This document shows, piece by piece, positions 25,660-35,019 of a stretch of 35,827 nt of DNA. The stretch is taken from IMG/VR virus record IMGVR_UViG_3300030376_005739, positions 1 through 35,827 of that record, one strand, 5' to 3'. Made by a program: the position numbers and the translations under genes. The first letter of the stretch is position 1. Every line of letters begins with the position of its first letter. Source of the stretch: a virus (taxonomy: Duplodnaviria; Caudoviricetes). The notes under the pieces are model-generated. The model did no database searches. It worked only from the letters and a program-made list of their open reading frames with translations, and was not told the DNA's origin.

Positions 25660-27599
25660 CCAAAGCCTCCTGTCATACCAGGCGCCTCAAAGATGGCGGC
25701 GTCTTTTTTGCCCTGTTCTCTGTTTACAGCGCCCGCAGATGTCCCGCCGTTCTGCTGCTGTGGCACCTGCTCACCTGGCATCATCGGTGCGCCTGGAATA
25801 CCTGGCCCCATGCCCTGAGGTTGAGGTTGTTGCTGCTGCGGGTAAATCGGCTCTTCCAACTGCATCATTAGATTCTGATCACCCTGCGCTAGGATGGCAC
25901 GGTAGACCGTTTGAATGTTATCCTGCGTTGGCTGAGGCATCTGGAAGAACTCATCAGACACTACAAACTCGCCAAACACCTCAGTAAGCTCTTGCACCGG
26001 ATCTGTTCGATGGATTGTTACCTCTGCGCCTGCAATGACGTGCTCAAGCACATCAAGAGCCATGTTGTAGTTGCGCACAGTTTGAGCAATCTGAGCGTCC
26101 ATACCGAAGAAGTTGATAGCCCTGCGTGCCTCATCTGGAGACAACAGTTGCAGTTGGAACATCTGCACCGCACGACGCTCACGATCTTCCAGCATGTTCG
26201 CAAACAAAGTGCTCGCTTCGAGGAAGATGTCAGGGTCTTCTGTTAGATCAGTGCTTTTGATTTGCTTGTAGAACATCCCACCATCTTGGTTGAACATTCG
26301 CACCATCATACCCTCAGTGAAGTATTTCTTAGCTAAACCAAGGATACGTTTGCTGACATTCACAGCCGAACGCTCAATGTTATCTTGCACACCTTGTAGC
26401 TGTGAAGAGTCCTGGCCGACCAAGGCGTCAATCGCTGCGCCTGACTGCACGCCACTGACTCGCTTACCAAGTGATGCGCCGTGGATGCCTGCTAGATCCA
26501 TGATTTCGCTCTGGCAACGCAGAACGTTGTCCATAATGTAACCAGGCAAAGGAGCAGGTGATGCTTGTTGAGGCGGGGGTGCCGCTGGGTTGTAGCGGAT
26601 TTGTGCGCCTGGCTCATTGGTAATGCGATCAACGCCACTGTTTACCGGGTTGAGCCACTGGACATTGCCAAGCAGCTTGATGTTCCCGATGATAGCTGAT
26701 CGTTGGGCATTGTATTCACGCTGTACAGAGATAAGCGGCTCAATGGCACCGATGCCATGAAAGCGGCCGGGCACGCCATGGAAACGAATGTGCTCAACAG
26801 GCCATGCGCCTTTGCCGTCCCACTCGTCTTTAGGCGCCTTATAGAGCACGTAGTCACCGCTCGTAATCATGTGATTACCGTTACGGTCCCAATACTCATA
26901 AATCTGATAGCGTTTGACTTTGTAAGTTTGGCTCTGCTCGTAGTTCAAGATGAACGGACGGTACTGCTGCCCAAAGTCAACAGGCTCTAGTTTGTCAATC
27001 GGGGCTCGTGGGAACCTACGCTTCATTTCCGCACGAGTAATAAAATCACGGATCATCAAATAATCGCTGTCATCAATCTCTTCACACCCAGGCTGCACCA
27101 GCAGGTTGTAAGGACTGATTACTTTGACTTTGATCTTCTTCATGTCACGGCAGTAGTAGGTATGAATGCCTACGTTACCACAAGTGATAAGCCACCTGTT
27201 TGCATCACGAAAAGCTTTTGCAACCTCTGCTTGATTCCAAACATATTGCACGAGTGCGGCATCGCACTTTGCTTTGACCAGATCCTCACGTGTTGCAGAG
27301 GATGGTCGTGCGCTAACATGTGGGGTAGCCACTGCCAGCATTGAATACAAACGATTATAGATAGGCAGGATAAGGTTGATGGTCAGGCGCACCATGCCAG
27401 GCTTTTGCGTAGCCATGCGCCAAGTGCCGTCGTTTAGCTGACGACCGTACTGGATACCCTCTAGAAACCGGCGTGACGCATCCCACACAAACATGCGGCG
27501 GCGCATCCAGTCATCACAGTGTTCCCTAAAGATGTTGATGCTGCCAGGAGTGACCTTTTTAGAGTCCTCTGCGGTATCGTAATCGCTATAAATACTCAT
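25656..27599 (-). CDS. Portal protein (P22-like)
   Basis: 647 aa. INLILP, SPYNLLVQP, GIGAIEPLISVQREYN and SGAAIDAL motifs; Q/P/G-rich tail. Confidence 0.9.
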   Translation of the reverse strand: MSIYSDYDTAEDSKKVTPGSINIFREHCDDWMRRRMFVWDASRRFLEGIQYGRQLNDGTWRMATQKPGMVRLTINLILPIYNRLYSMLAVATPHVSARPSSATREDLVKAKCDAALVQYVWNQAEVAKAFRDANRWLITCGNVGIHTYYCRDMKKIKVKVISPYNLLVQPGCEEIDDSDYLMIRDFITRAEMKRRFPRAPIDKLEPVDFGQQYRPFILNYEQSQTYKVKRYQIYEYWDRNGNHMITSGDYVLYKAPKDEWDGKGAWPVEHIRFHGVPGRFHGIGAIEPLISVQREYNAQRSAIIGNIKLLGNVQWLNPVNSGVDRITNEPGAQIRYNPAAPPPQQASPAPLPGYIMDNVLRCQSEIMDLAGIHGASLGKRVSGVQSGAAIDALVGQDSSQLQGVQDNIERSAVNVSKRILGLAKKYFTEGMMVRMFNQDGGMFYKQIKSTDLTEDPDIFLEASTLFANMLEDRERRAVQMFQLQLLSPDEARRAINFFGMDAQIAQTVRNYNMALDVLEHVIAGAEVTIHRTDPVQELTEVFGEFVVSDEFFQMPQPTQDNIQTVYRAILAQGDQNLMMQLEEPIYPQQQQPQPQGMGPGIPGAPMMPGEQVPQQQNGGTSAGAVNREQGKKDAAIFEAPGMTGGFG

Positions 27600-27760
27600 T
27601 CAAGACCGTCTCCGACGCCAAGATGCAGGGATTCTTCAGGTTCATTTTCTAACGCTGCCTGACGCTGAAGCCTGCGAACCCGATCCACCGCCTTGGTTGC
27701 TCGCTCGAAAGCAAACACCAAGAGGAAGATCGAGCCGCAGAACTCCAGCACAGTCAGCAC
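27596..27760 (-). CDS. 54-aa single-TM membrane protein (not in the ORF track)
   Basis: Hand translation from GTG 27760: MLTVLEFCGSIFLLVFAFERATKAVDRVRRLQRQAALENEPEESLHLGVGDGLE. Fills the MCP-portal gap; ATGA overlap with the portal start. Confidence 0.7.
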   Translation of the reverse strand: MLTVLEFCGSIFLLVFAFERATKAVDRVRRLQRQAALENEPEESLHLGVGDGLE

Positions 27761-27769
27761 AACAGGCTC

Positions 27770-29191
27770 TTATGCCCGCTTGTACCGCACACCGGCCATA
27801 ACGCCGATGCAACGAGGCTTCTCAGAAACCAGCTCGAAATACTGCTTCCAGAACCCTTCACGCACGTCCATGAGGCGGGCAGTACCAAGGTCACGCTTCT
27901 GCGTAACGATGTCGCCGTTATCATTGAACTCTTGGAACCCACCGGGGCGCAAGGTGTACGTGTTGATGGTGTCCTTACGGATGAAGTAGATCACGCCATA
28001 AGGGGCTTGGCTCGACACCTTGATCGGAATGTTGCCTTCAAACGCAAGGTCTTCAGCACTAAACCCACCACGTGCATCGGTTTCGCCTGGCAGCCAACGC
28101 TGATCCGCTTGGAACAGGTTCTTGTACTGCGCACGCGTAAAGCGGTGCATGATCAAGCAATCAATGCGCTCAGCCGTGAGGTCTTCAATACCATCATAGA
28201 CAAGCTGCATGTCTTCAAGATCAAGAGCGACACCGTTCGAGTTACCGCTACCAACGGCTGGAGCGACTGCAACGGCGGACTTGTAACCGAAGCCACGAAG
28301 CACAGTGTTGGTAACACCCAGACGACTATTGGTGAATGCACCTGCGGACTCAGCCTCAAACGCCAAGGAGTTCAAGCCATGCACTTCGTCCGTGCGAACA
28401 CGAGCACCCGCAACGGTATGCTCAACCAAGACGGCGAGGTCCGTAGCGCCAACAGTGCGCGTATCCGGCCCGTCACCTGCGTGCGTGGTCGAATCAAGAA
28501 CTGCTGAACCAGTAACTTGATCAATAGCACCCACTTGGAACAATGCCGCAGCCGTAGGCGCAGCGTTTCCATCAGGCAGGTATGCCCAGTTCGTCGTGTC
28601 AACACGCGGAACATGCAGAACCTTCACGTAAGTGTTGAGCAACGCAGCAGTGTTTTCTGCAACGATCGCCGCAAGGGTGTTTGCCCCTGAGATCATGCAC
28701 GTGTTGCCCGTACCAGCAGCTAAGTGCTGATCTTGATCAATGACGAAACCAGGCAAACCACGACCGATGAACATATCACGATCAAGTTTGTGGCGTACGT
28801 CTTTCTCCATAGCGCGCATTTCAGAGTACATTGCGCCAATAAACGCAGCCTCTGATCCGCCGTTGCCGGGAGCCTGAGCTTCAGCCTGACCCGTGACTTC
28901 AAAAGCACAGTAAAGACTTTGGTAGCCCACGATCATCTCAAGGTACTGCTGATTACTTGCTTCTGGAACAACAGCACCGCCAGCGCCTTCGCTGCCGTAC
29001 TGAATGCCCGCCGCCGCAGTCGTTACAATGCCACGAGTATGCAAGGGAACATGCACATTCGCACCGGCCCACTGATGGGGGCCTTCTTCAAACAAGCCAT
29101 AAATCATGGCTTCTAAGTTCAACTGCTCACGAATCGGACCTTCATACTGGTCCTTGAGCAGTTGACTAATAGTAGTAGTTGTAGCCGTCAT
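27770..29191 (-). CDS. Major capsid protein
   Basis: 473 aa after the scaffold with a strong AAGGAG RBS. LLKDQYEGPIREQLN, long helix EMRAMEKDVRHKLDRDMFIG and C-terminal ELVSEKPRCIG. Confidence 0.85.
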   Translation of the reverse strand: MTATTTTISQLLKDQYEGPIREQLNLEAMIYGLFEEGPHQWAGANVHVPLHTRGIVTTAAAGIQYGSEGAGGAVVPEASNQQYLEMIVGYQSLYCAFEVTGQAEAQAPGNGGSEAAFIGAMYSEMRAMEKDVRHKLDRDMFIGRGLPGFVIDQDQHLAAGTGNTCMISGANTLAAIVAENTAALLNTYVKVLHVPRVDTTNWAYLPDGNAAPTAAALFQVGAIDQVTGSAVLDSTTHAGDGPDTRTVGATDLAVLVEHTVAGARVRTDEVHGLNSLAFEAESAGAFTNSRLGVTNTVLRGFGYKSAVAVAPAVGSGNSNGVALDLEDMQLVYDGIEDLTAERIDCLIMHRFTRAQYKNLFQADQRWLPGETDARGGFSAEDLAFEGNIPIKVSSQAPYGVIYFIRKDTINTYTLRPGGFQEFNDNGDIVTQKRDLGTARLMDVREGFWKQYFELVSEKPRCIGVMAGVRYKRA

Positions 29192-29201
29192 GGCTTACTC
29201 C

Positions 29202-30104
29202 TTAGCGCGGTCTACGCCTGCCTTGAAAAAGTGCAGATTTCATATCCCGCAATGTCAATGGTTTAGATTTAGACGTATTTGTTGAAATACTTGCGTCTGA
29301 TGTAACAGGTGCTGTTCCCGTTTCGGTTTTAGTCCGATGGGGCAGCGATGCCGCAGGATCTTTAGCTGGAGCGGCTTCCTTCTTTTGCTCCGGCCTCGAC
29401 ATCCCTAGGCGTTCTAGCACAGCATCTTCCAGCTTCCGCTCGTGCTCTTCAAATGATTTGGCTGCTGCACTAATATCTGCATCTGGGTTTTCGTTGAGCA
29501 CCTGCAAAATGTAATGCTTGCCGGCGTTCTGATCAGAAATCGAGGATTCCTTTAGAGCGCCTGCAATCTTACGGTTGTACTCATCGACCAGCTTCTGGAT
29601 CTGCAAATGCTGCGTCTCCTGCTTCGCTGCCTGTGCTTGACTCCTAATGGATTCGAGCTCAGATCCCATCGCAATCAATGCGCTGGCTACGTCCTCATCC
29701 CCTGCTTTATCGGCTAAGTCTTTGATCTTATCCAAGAAGGGGTTAGGCTCTGGTTCCTTTACTTGTTCCTCAGCCTTCGGTGCCGACTGGCCGGCTTCCA
29801 ACTGCTTGATGCGCTCCTGCAAAGTCCCATTGAGATCCTTCAAGTGCTTTGCTTCTTCGTTTTTCTGCTTGAACCTATCGTACGGTATCGGTCCAGGCGC
29901 ATCTGCCTTGGCCTCGGCAGGCGCTTCAGAAGAAGATTCGAGTGAACTGGCCGGCTCACTTGAACCACTATCGGGAGCCACATTTGGTGACTCGGTTGCG
30001 GGAGCCGCTTCGGCAGCGGCTGGGGCTGAGGGTTCGGAAGCGGCTGGCGTCGCCGCAGTTTCGCCCAAGTTTTTCTGAATCTCAGCGAGTTTTGGAAATG
30101 GCAT
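29202..30104 (-). CDS. Capsid scaffolding protein
   Basis: Acidic A/P/E/S-rich N-terminus, IPYDRFKQKNEE, coiled coil and basic tip; directly upstream of the MCP. Confidence 0.8.
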   Translation of the reverse strand: MPFPKLAEIQKNLGETAATPAASEPSAPAAAEAAPATESPNVAPDSGSSEPASSLESSSEAPAEAKADAPGPIPYDRFKQKNEEAKHLKDLNGTLQERIKQLEAGQSAPKAEEQVKEPEPNPFLDKIKDLADKAGDEDVASALIAMGSELESIRSQAQAAKQETQHLQIQKLVDEYNRKIAGALKESSISDQNAGKHYILQVLNENPDADISAAAKSFEEHERKLEDAVLERLGMSRPEQKKEAAPAKDPAASLPHRTKTETGTAPVTSDASISTNTSKSKPLTLRDMKSALFQGRRRPR

Positions 30105-30169
30105 TCTGTCGCTCCTGCCTTGCGTGAAAACAGACCAGTCTAAGGTTGGTCAGCCACCTATAAACACGT

Positions 30170-30201
30170 TGTCATTACGCCTCTGGCAATAGATGCGTCA
30201 A
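30170..30201 (-). promoter_or_regulatory. Possible internal late promoter
   Basis: TTGACG at 30201-30196 in the only sizeable gap of the late operon; the -10 match is poor. Confidence 0.3.
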
Positions 30202-30212
30202 GCCACAAGCAC

Positions 30213-31910
30213 CTATTCTAAGCCATCACCGTAAAAAGAATCAAACTCTATCTTATCGTTGCGTCTCATTGTTACTGCGTCGGCGATAGGCATCATCGTC
30301 ATAGCATCCAATCCTGTTTCCTTTTCAAACGCTACGATTTCCTCTGGCCGTTCTGGCTTGAAAGAGCGCATTACCTCTTCTCGCACGGTCCCGATCTGCT
30401 CTAATCCTTCTAAAGCTAGAGCGGTAGCAAAGATCATGTCATCGTGACACCCAGGCGAAGCGTATGGTTCGCCACGATCGTTGTATGTGAACGATCCAAT
30501 CTCATTGATGAGCACCTGATGCAGATCTTCCATCATGTCTTTGCTAATGTACTTGCGTAACCGGTTGAGCAGGATGGCTCTGTTGTTCTTAGCGGTGTAG
30601 AAACCTAGCTTTTCAACGTATTTGCTGGCCATCTTGTCGTATATGAAGCGCCGATAGAGCCGAGGGTACTGGTCCATCGTCAGCTCTTCTTGAACGGCTG
30701 CACCCACATGGTTGACTTCGCACACAATGAGCGCATCGTGGTACTTTCGCCCCAACTGGATCACTGATGTTGCAAACTGATGCACCGGAATGCGTTGATA
30801 GAGCCACGCAACAGGCTTGATATGGTCTTTATTGGTAACATCGAGCACACAAGCGGCGCTAAAGTCACCATTTGTTGAGCCTGACGCAGCATCGCAGCCA
30901 AGAATGTACACATGCCCAGCCTTAGGCTTTTCAATGACTTCGGTGGACCGTGTTACCTCTTCAGGTATCCACTCACCGGTGAAATACATGTCCCCACTGT
31001 GCAAAAAGGCTTGCTGAGGGGTGGCTGGGTACTCCTGACTGAACTGTTTCCAGTCATCACCGCACTTTTGGTTGATGCACCACTTCATCCAGCGCACTTG
31101 TTCGGGGCTCAATGCGTTATCTTTGACGAACTTCTGTTCTTCAGGCTCTAATGGGCGCTCAATAATGGATACGATTTCCGCATCGAAGGCAATCGGCTCG
31201 TGCTCGTAGTCAGCATAGTTGCCTTTGTCATCACGGTAGAGGACGTAAGACTTTAGAGCCATCCACGGCAAAAAAACTTTTTTATAACCGTTCTCGCTCA
31301 TCCACCACGGGTAGAAATGGTTGAAACTGTTGGCTGTTGTCTCGATGAACGCAGATCCACGGTCGGTTAGGGACTGCATAGCGGCTGTAAACACCTCATC
31401 AGCCTTATCCCAGAACGCCATTTCACTACAATGTAGGTATTGAACAGTCTTACCCCGTAGTTTGTTGGGCGAGTTGGCTGTTGCGATGCGAATAAAGCCA
31501 GTGTGCTTCTTAAATACGAGCTCAGTTTTAGTTGAGTGCTTAGTTGGGTAGTGCTTCTGCATCCAATCCGGCAAGCATTCGTAAAAATTCTTATAGATTC
31601 CGAAAATACTTGCTGCTGCGTCGGTTTCGTGGGCGATAACCACGGCTCGTTCATGCGTATTGAACAACACTTTCCAAAAAAAGTAGGCTGCAATCCACGT
31701 TGATATGCCTTCTTGTCGTGCTTTCAGGATTCCAACGCGTTTGCGCCCGCCAGAAACCACTTCCCACACCTGATGTTGTGGATGGTTCCATAAAAAGGGG
31801 ATTAGTCGCCCCTTCTTATCTACAATAGCGAGCACTTCACGTGAAAAAAACTCAAAGTCGCTCGCACACGCGTTGACGAACTCACGTTTCGGTTTACTTA
31901 GTGCTGTCAT
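30213..31910 (-). CDS. terL: Terminase large subunit
   Basis: LKARQEGISTW (Walker A), YLHCSEMAFW (Walker B), ETTAN, GCDAASG..GDFSA and HDDMIFA nuclease motifs. Confidence 0.95.
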   Translation of the reverse strand: MTALSKPKREFVNACASDFEFFSREVLAIVDKKGRLIPFLWNHPQHQVWEVVSGGRKRVGILKARQEGISTWIAAYFFWKVLFNTHERAVVIAHETDAAASIFGIYKNFYECLPDWMQKHYPTKHSTKTELVFKKHTGFIRIATANSPNKLRGKTVQYLHCSEMAFWDKADEVFTAAMQSLTDRGSAFIETTANSFNHFYPWWMSENGYKKVFLPWMALKSYVLYRDDKGNYADYEHEPIAFDAEIVSIIERPLEPEEQKFVKDNALSPEQVRWMKWCINQKCGDDWKQFSQEYPATPQQAFLHSGDMYFTGEWIPEEVTRSTEVIEKPKAGHVYILGCDAASGSTNGDFSAACVLDVTNKDHIKPVAWLYQRIPVHQFATSVIQLGRKYHDALIVCEVNHVGAAVQEELTMDQYPRLYRRFIYDKMASKYVEKLGFYTAKNNRAILLNRLRKYISKDMMEDLHQVLINEIGSFTYNDRGEPYASPGCHDDMIFATALALEGLEQIGTVREEVMRSFKPERPEEIVAFEKETGLDAMTMMPIADAVTMRRNDKIEFDSFYGDGLE

Positions 31911-32392
31911 ACAAGCGGCAGAACGTTATCCAAGGCTGCTTCGTTGAGATAAATAACGTTGACCGATAAGGATCCAGCCGTTGCGTCGGCTAACGCATGA
32001 CCAGCATCAGGCGTAAACGTTACCGTAATCGAGCGAGCGGAATCGCTGACATCGCAAGCCGGTCCTACCAGGCGATCGCCGGGGGTGCTGGGCACAGCAA
32101 GGATTCCGGTCGTTGCACCAGTAAACACGTCTTGGTCTTTGTACCAACCATCAGCATCGGTATCTGCCGTTGATGACCAACCCAAATCTGCGGTGCAGGA
32201 CGCAAGTCCGCCGCCACTAAACGCAGTGTCCAGCGAGATCCAGCGTTGCAGAACAACAGCTCTAGCCGGAATCACTTGCTCAAGCGTATAAACTTGTGCA
32301 GCTCCGTTGACTGAGGCTTGCAGAATATCAACGCCAACAGTTTGAGAAATGCAGCTTGTGGTGGGGTTCATCCCTGATCTTGCGGTGCTCAT
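31907..32392 (-). CDS. Beta-rich structural protein (capsid decoration/spike-like), putative
   Basis: IPARAVVL...DTAFSGG...ADLG...ITVTF...TAGSLSVNVIY jelly-roll-like pattern. Confidence 0.6.
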   Translation of the reverse strand: MSTARSGMNPTTSCISQTVGVDILQASVNGAAQVYTLEQVIPARAVVLQRWISLDTAFSGGGLASCTADLGWSSTADTDADGWYKDQDVFTGATTGILAVPSTPGDRLVGPACDVSDSARSITVTFTPDAGHALADATAGSLSVNVIYLNEAALDNVLPLV

Positions 32393-32622
32393 TTTTGCTC
32401 CAATGCAGCAATGCGCTGAGTGTCACGATCTGTTCGTTTGTACAGAATCTTGATGTCAGCAGTATTTCTTAAGACTTCGGTGCGCAATACCGGCACGACA
32501 CTGCGCGTCACTTTAGTTGCTTCGTCTACGTCTTTGATCAGCCTACGCACCCACCACATGGTGATGCCGCCGATACCAGCCAGGATAAGCTGCCCAACGT
32601 TGATTGTAAGTTGCAGATCCAT
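32389..32622 (-). CDS. Small single-TM membrane protein
   Basis: Hydrophobic GQLILAGIGGITMWWV followed by a charged helix; coupled at both ends. Confidence 0.75.
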   Translation of the reverse strand: MDLQLTINVGQLILAGIGGITMWWVRRLIKDVDEATKVTRSVVPVLRTEVLRNTADIKILYKRTDRDTQRIAALEQK

Positions 32623-32972
32623 CAGACTTCTTTCCCTAACGCTGCGCTGATTTTGGCATAGTGCGAGCGCATCTCACCAAGCCCCTCTTTTAAAAGAGCC
32701 TCTACATCAGTGATTTCTTTTTCGATAGCGTCTAATCGCTTCGTCCACTCCAGTCGCTCTTCGTCGTACTTTCGCACAACAGCATCATAACGGTCCCGCA
32801 CTTCGGCTTCCCGCTTGTTGCACTCTTCTGCTTGTTCTCTAAGCTGGACTTGGAAGTTGTCTGTTTGCACTTCCATGCGTTTGGTCATCCGCACATACAT
32901 CCAAAAGATAGCGCCGGAAGCGAGGCCAAGAGCCCCAAAGTCCGCAAGCGCCTCTAGGATCTGCGGGTCCAT
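32622..32972 (-). CDS. Single-TM coiled-coil protein (BhlA/UviB holin-like)
   Basis: DFGALGLASGAIFWMYV, then NKREAEVRDRY coiled coil. Confidence 0.6.
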   Translation of the reverse strand: MDPQILEALADFGALGLASGAIFWMYVRMTKRMEVQTDNFQVQLREQAEECNKREAEVRDRYDAVVRKYDEERLEWTKRLDAIEKEITDVEALLKEGLGEMRSHYAKISAALGKEV

Positions 32973-32974
32973 TG

Positions 32975-33223
32975 TTACCTTCCGCCACGAAGCGTTGTCA
33001 GCTTGGCGGTAAGTTCAGCATCTACAGTGTCAGTTTCTTCGACCTTCAGCATAGGCTCAAGCGAGGCAACAGCTTTCAGCGCCACCTCTAAGAGTTTAGC
33101 GTTTCCGCTGTCGTCCATAGCTTGCCCGATGATTTCCAGCTTCATGCGCTTGATGTCATCCGTGTTCAGGTCAGAGGGGTCAATCGCTTTGATGCGATCA
33201 AGCAGTCCTTTGAGTTGGCTCAT
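32975..33223 (-). CDS. Hypothetical helical protein (terminase small subunit candidate)
   Basis: 82 aa, GAAGGA RBS, upstream of terL. The function rests on position only. Confidence 0.5.
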   Translation of the reverse strand: MSQLKGLLDRIKAIDPSDLNTDDIKRMKLEIIGQAMDDSGNAKLLEVALKAVASLEPMLKVEETDTVDAELTAKLTTLRGGR

Positions 33224-33788
33224 ATCCTTCTCCCCTAAAGTACCATTCTTGTAGGTGCCGTATCAGGACGCTGACTCCTTCACGAGCCATCATCTGGTCG
33301 CCGTTGTATTCTAAATGAGCCAGATCATTCAAGGTAATCACGTCAAGCAGGTATGCCGCCTCGCCAACGCTGGCTTGCTGGAGCACCTCTTGCACTACCT
33401 CATACACCCAGATTCTTGTGTCCGGGTAAGCAGTATAAGTGCCTGACCCAGCCTGAGCCTGCGCCATAGACGAGTGCTGCATCAGCAAGTCCACTTCAGG
33501 CAGGACAATCGCTTTGATCGCCTTCTTCGCTAAGTGCTTCTCATAGGCTCTGAGCGCCTTAGCCCATGAGCTCCGAGCAGTAGGAGAAGAGCCAAGGAAA
33601 GCAACTCCGTCACTATACACCCAACCAATGACATCATCAGAAGACTCCTTATACTTTGAAAAAATATTTTTATCTTTTCCGTTTGCTGCCCAGACGCTGA
33701 ACATTGCACGGACGCAAGTCGGATGAAGACAGGGACCAGCCTCTGCATACAGGTAATACTTATCACCATGAGCCTTGCAGAACGTCAC
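33198..33788 (-). CDS. Hypothetical protein
   Basis: 196 aa; ATGA overlap with the upstream gene; N-terminal C/H cluster. Confidence 0.7.
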   Translation of the reverse strand: MTFCKAHGDKYYLYAEAGPCLHPTCVRAMFSVWAANGKDKNIFSKYKESSDDVIGWVYSDGVAFLGSSPTARSSWAKALRAYEKHLAKKAIKAIVLPEVDLLMQHSSMAQAQAGSGTYTAYPDTRIWVYEVVQEVLQQASVGEAAYLLDVITLNDLAHLEYNGDQMMAREGVSVLIRHLQEWYFRGEGYEPTQRTA

Positions 33789-33985
33789 AGCACTCCCTCT
33801 TCAGGTGGCGACACTAGCTTATCCAGCTTCTCAACCGACAGCATCTCAGCCTTGCAGTATTGACACCGCCGCTTCCGCACCACGTCATATTCGCCCACAT
33901 CCGCCTGAGTTTCCACTTTCCCAAGAGTCTGCCCCGTGGCAACAGACTCCAAGATGCCAATGTTGCAGATCGGGCAGTGAAGCAT
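33785..33985 (-). CDS. Zinc-ribbon protein (NrdR N-terminal-like)
   Basis: HCPIC...VRKRRCQYC....SVE; GGAGGT RBS; first gene of the - arm. Confidence 0.75.
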   Translation of the reverse strand: MLHCPICNIGILESVATGQTLGKVETQADVGEYDVVRKRRCQYCKAEMLSVEKLDKLVSPPEEGVL

Positions 33986-34769
33986 AGAACCTCCACGCCG
34001 CAGCTAACACAGCATAGGGGTCGTGAAAAACCCTGAGCGTGACCTAAAAAAAAGAAGCAGCTAAACCTATAGGAAAACCCAGGTTTTTTTGGACCCTTGA
34101 CAGCAGCTTTTTCCCTCAGGTATTACCTCCGGTGTAAGACAAAGATTCCACTGAGGTATGAGCAGAATAGCCACCCAGTGTTGAAGAACCCACCCCCCAA
34201 AAGCAGCAGACTCTTCCCTGAAAGAAGATGAACTGCTTTTGAAGAGGGGAATACCCAAGAGCTAAAGACGCTCCAGTGCCTTGACCGGGGACAGCAACAG
34301 CAGATCCAAACCCGAAAGTTTCTGAGTTGCACCGGATTGTGTGGGTGATCTTGTATAGGACCACGGGGGTATGCACAGCGATCGGGGGTCGCCTTGCCTG
34401 AGCAGCTTTCGAGCGCCGCATCACGCCTAAGTGCCTGATATTGCAACACCCCTGAGCACCTTGAGCACCCCTGATAGGGCCACAGCCCGCCACAGTAGCC
34501 GCCCCTAGCCGTTTCAGCCGCTCCAAAGGGGGTTGAGCACCCCTTGAGGTGCCCCCCTGCTAGGGTGCCCGCCTCAGGGGGTAGGAGGTGCCCCCGTGGG
34601 GGGTGCTAGTGGCTCCCGCTGAGCCCGTTGGAGCCCACGGGCATAAGTCCCCCCCGTCACCGCTCAGCACCCTCACACCCTCTACAGGGATTTCCCGCCC
34701 CCTTCCCTGTCGGCTGAGCCCCTCACGTACGCGAGGCAATCGGCGCCAACTCAGCACGGGGTGATTTGC

Positions 34770-34855
34770 TCAGTTTCGTCACGAGCTTGCTCCAACTCCG
34801 ATTCAGTTTCGCTACGAGCTTGCTCCAAACGCGAGCCGAATCGGGCTCAGTTTCG
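34770..34855. repeat. Direct repeats with 33-bp period
   Basis: tcagtttcg(tc/ct)acgagcttgctccaa at 34770-34795 and 34803-34828; partial tcagtttcg at 34847-34855. Confidence 0.9.
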
Positions 34856-34972
34856 AGGCTGATTTTCGCCCCGGTTGCGCCCTGGTAGCCGACCCTCTGA
34901 AAAGCCCATAACCACGGGGTTTTGAGTTGCAGTGCATACGCACGGATCCGCGCGTGCATGCGTAAGCGCACA

Positions 34973-35019
34973 CGCAGCGCCGCGCAGCCCCGCGCATTAT
35001 GCGCAGCGACGCGCAGCCC
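34973..35019. repeat. 18-bp direct repeat pair around a palindrome
   Basis: cgcagcg(c/a)cgcgcagccc at 34973 and 35002; GCGCAT-T-ATGCGC at 34992-35004. Confidence 0.85.

Noticed and set aside
9958-31910. Many + strand ORFs of 60-190 aa in the track
   Set aside because: They are antisense shadows of long, coupled - strand genes, with no RBS or motifs.
34190-34330. Hammerhead ribozyme (CTGA...GAAA elements)
   Set aside because: No CUGANGA core with the required stems could be assembled.
34770-34855. Possible mini CRISPR array
   Set aside because: Only two full repeats separated by 7 bp; no spacer-length unique sequence and no cas genes.
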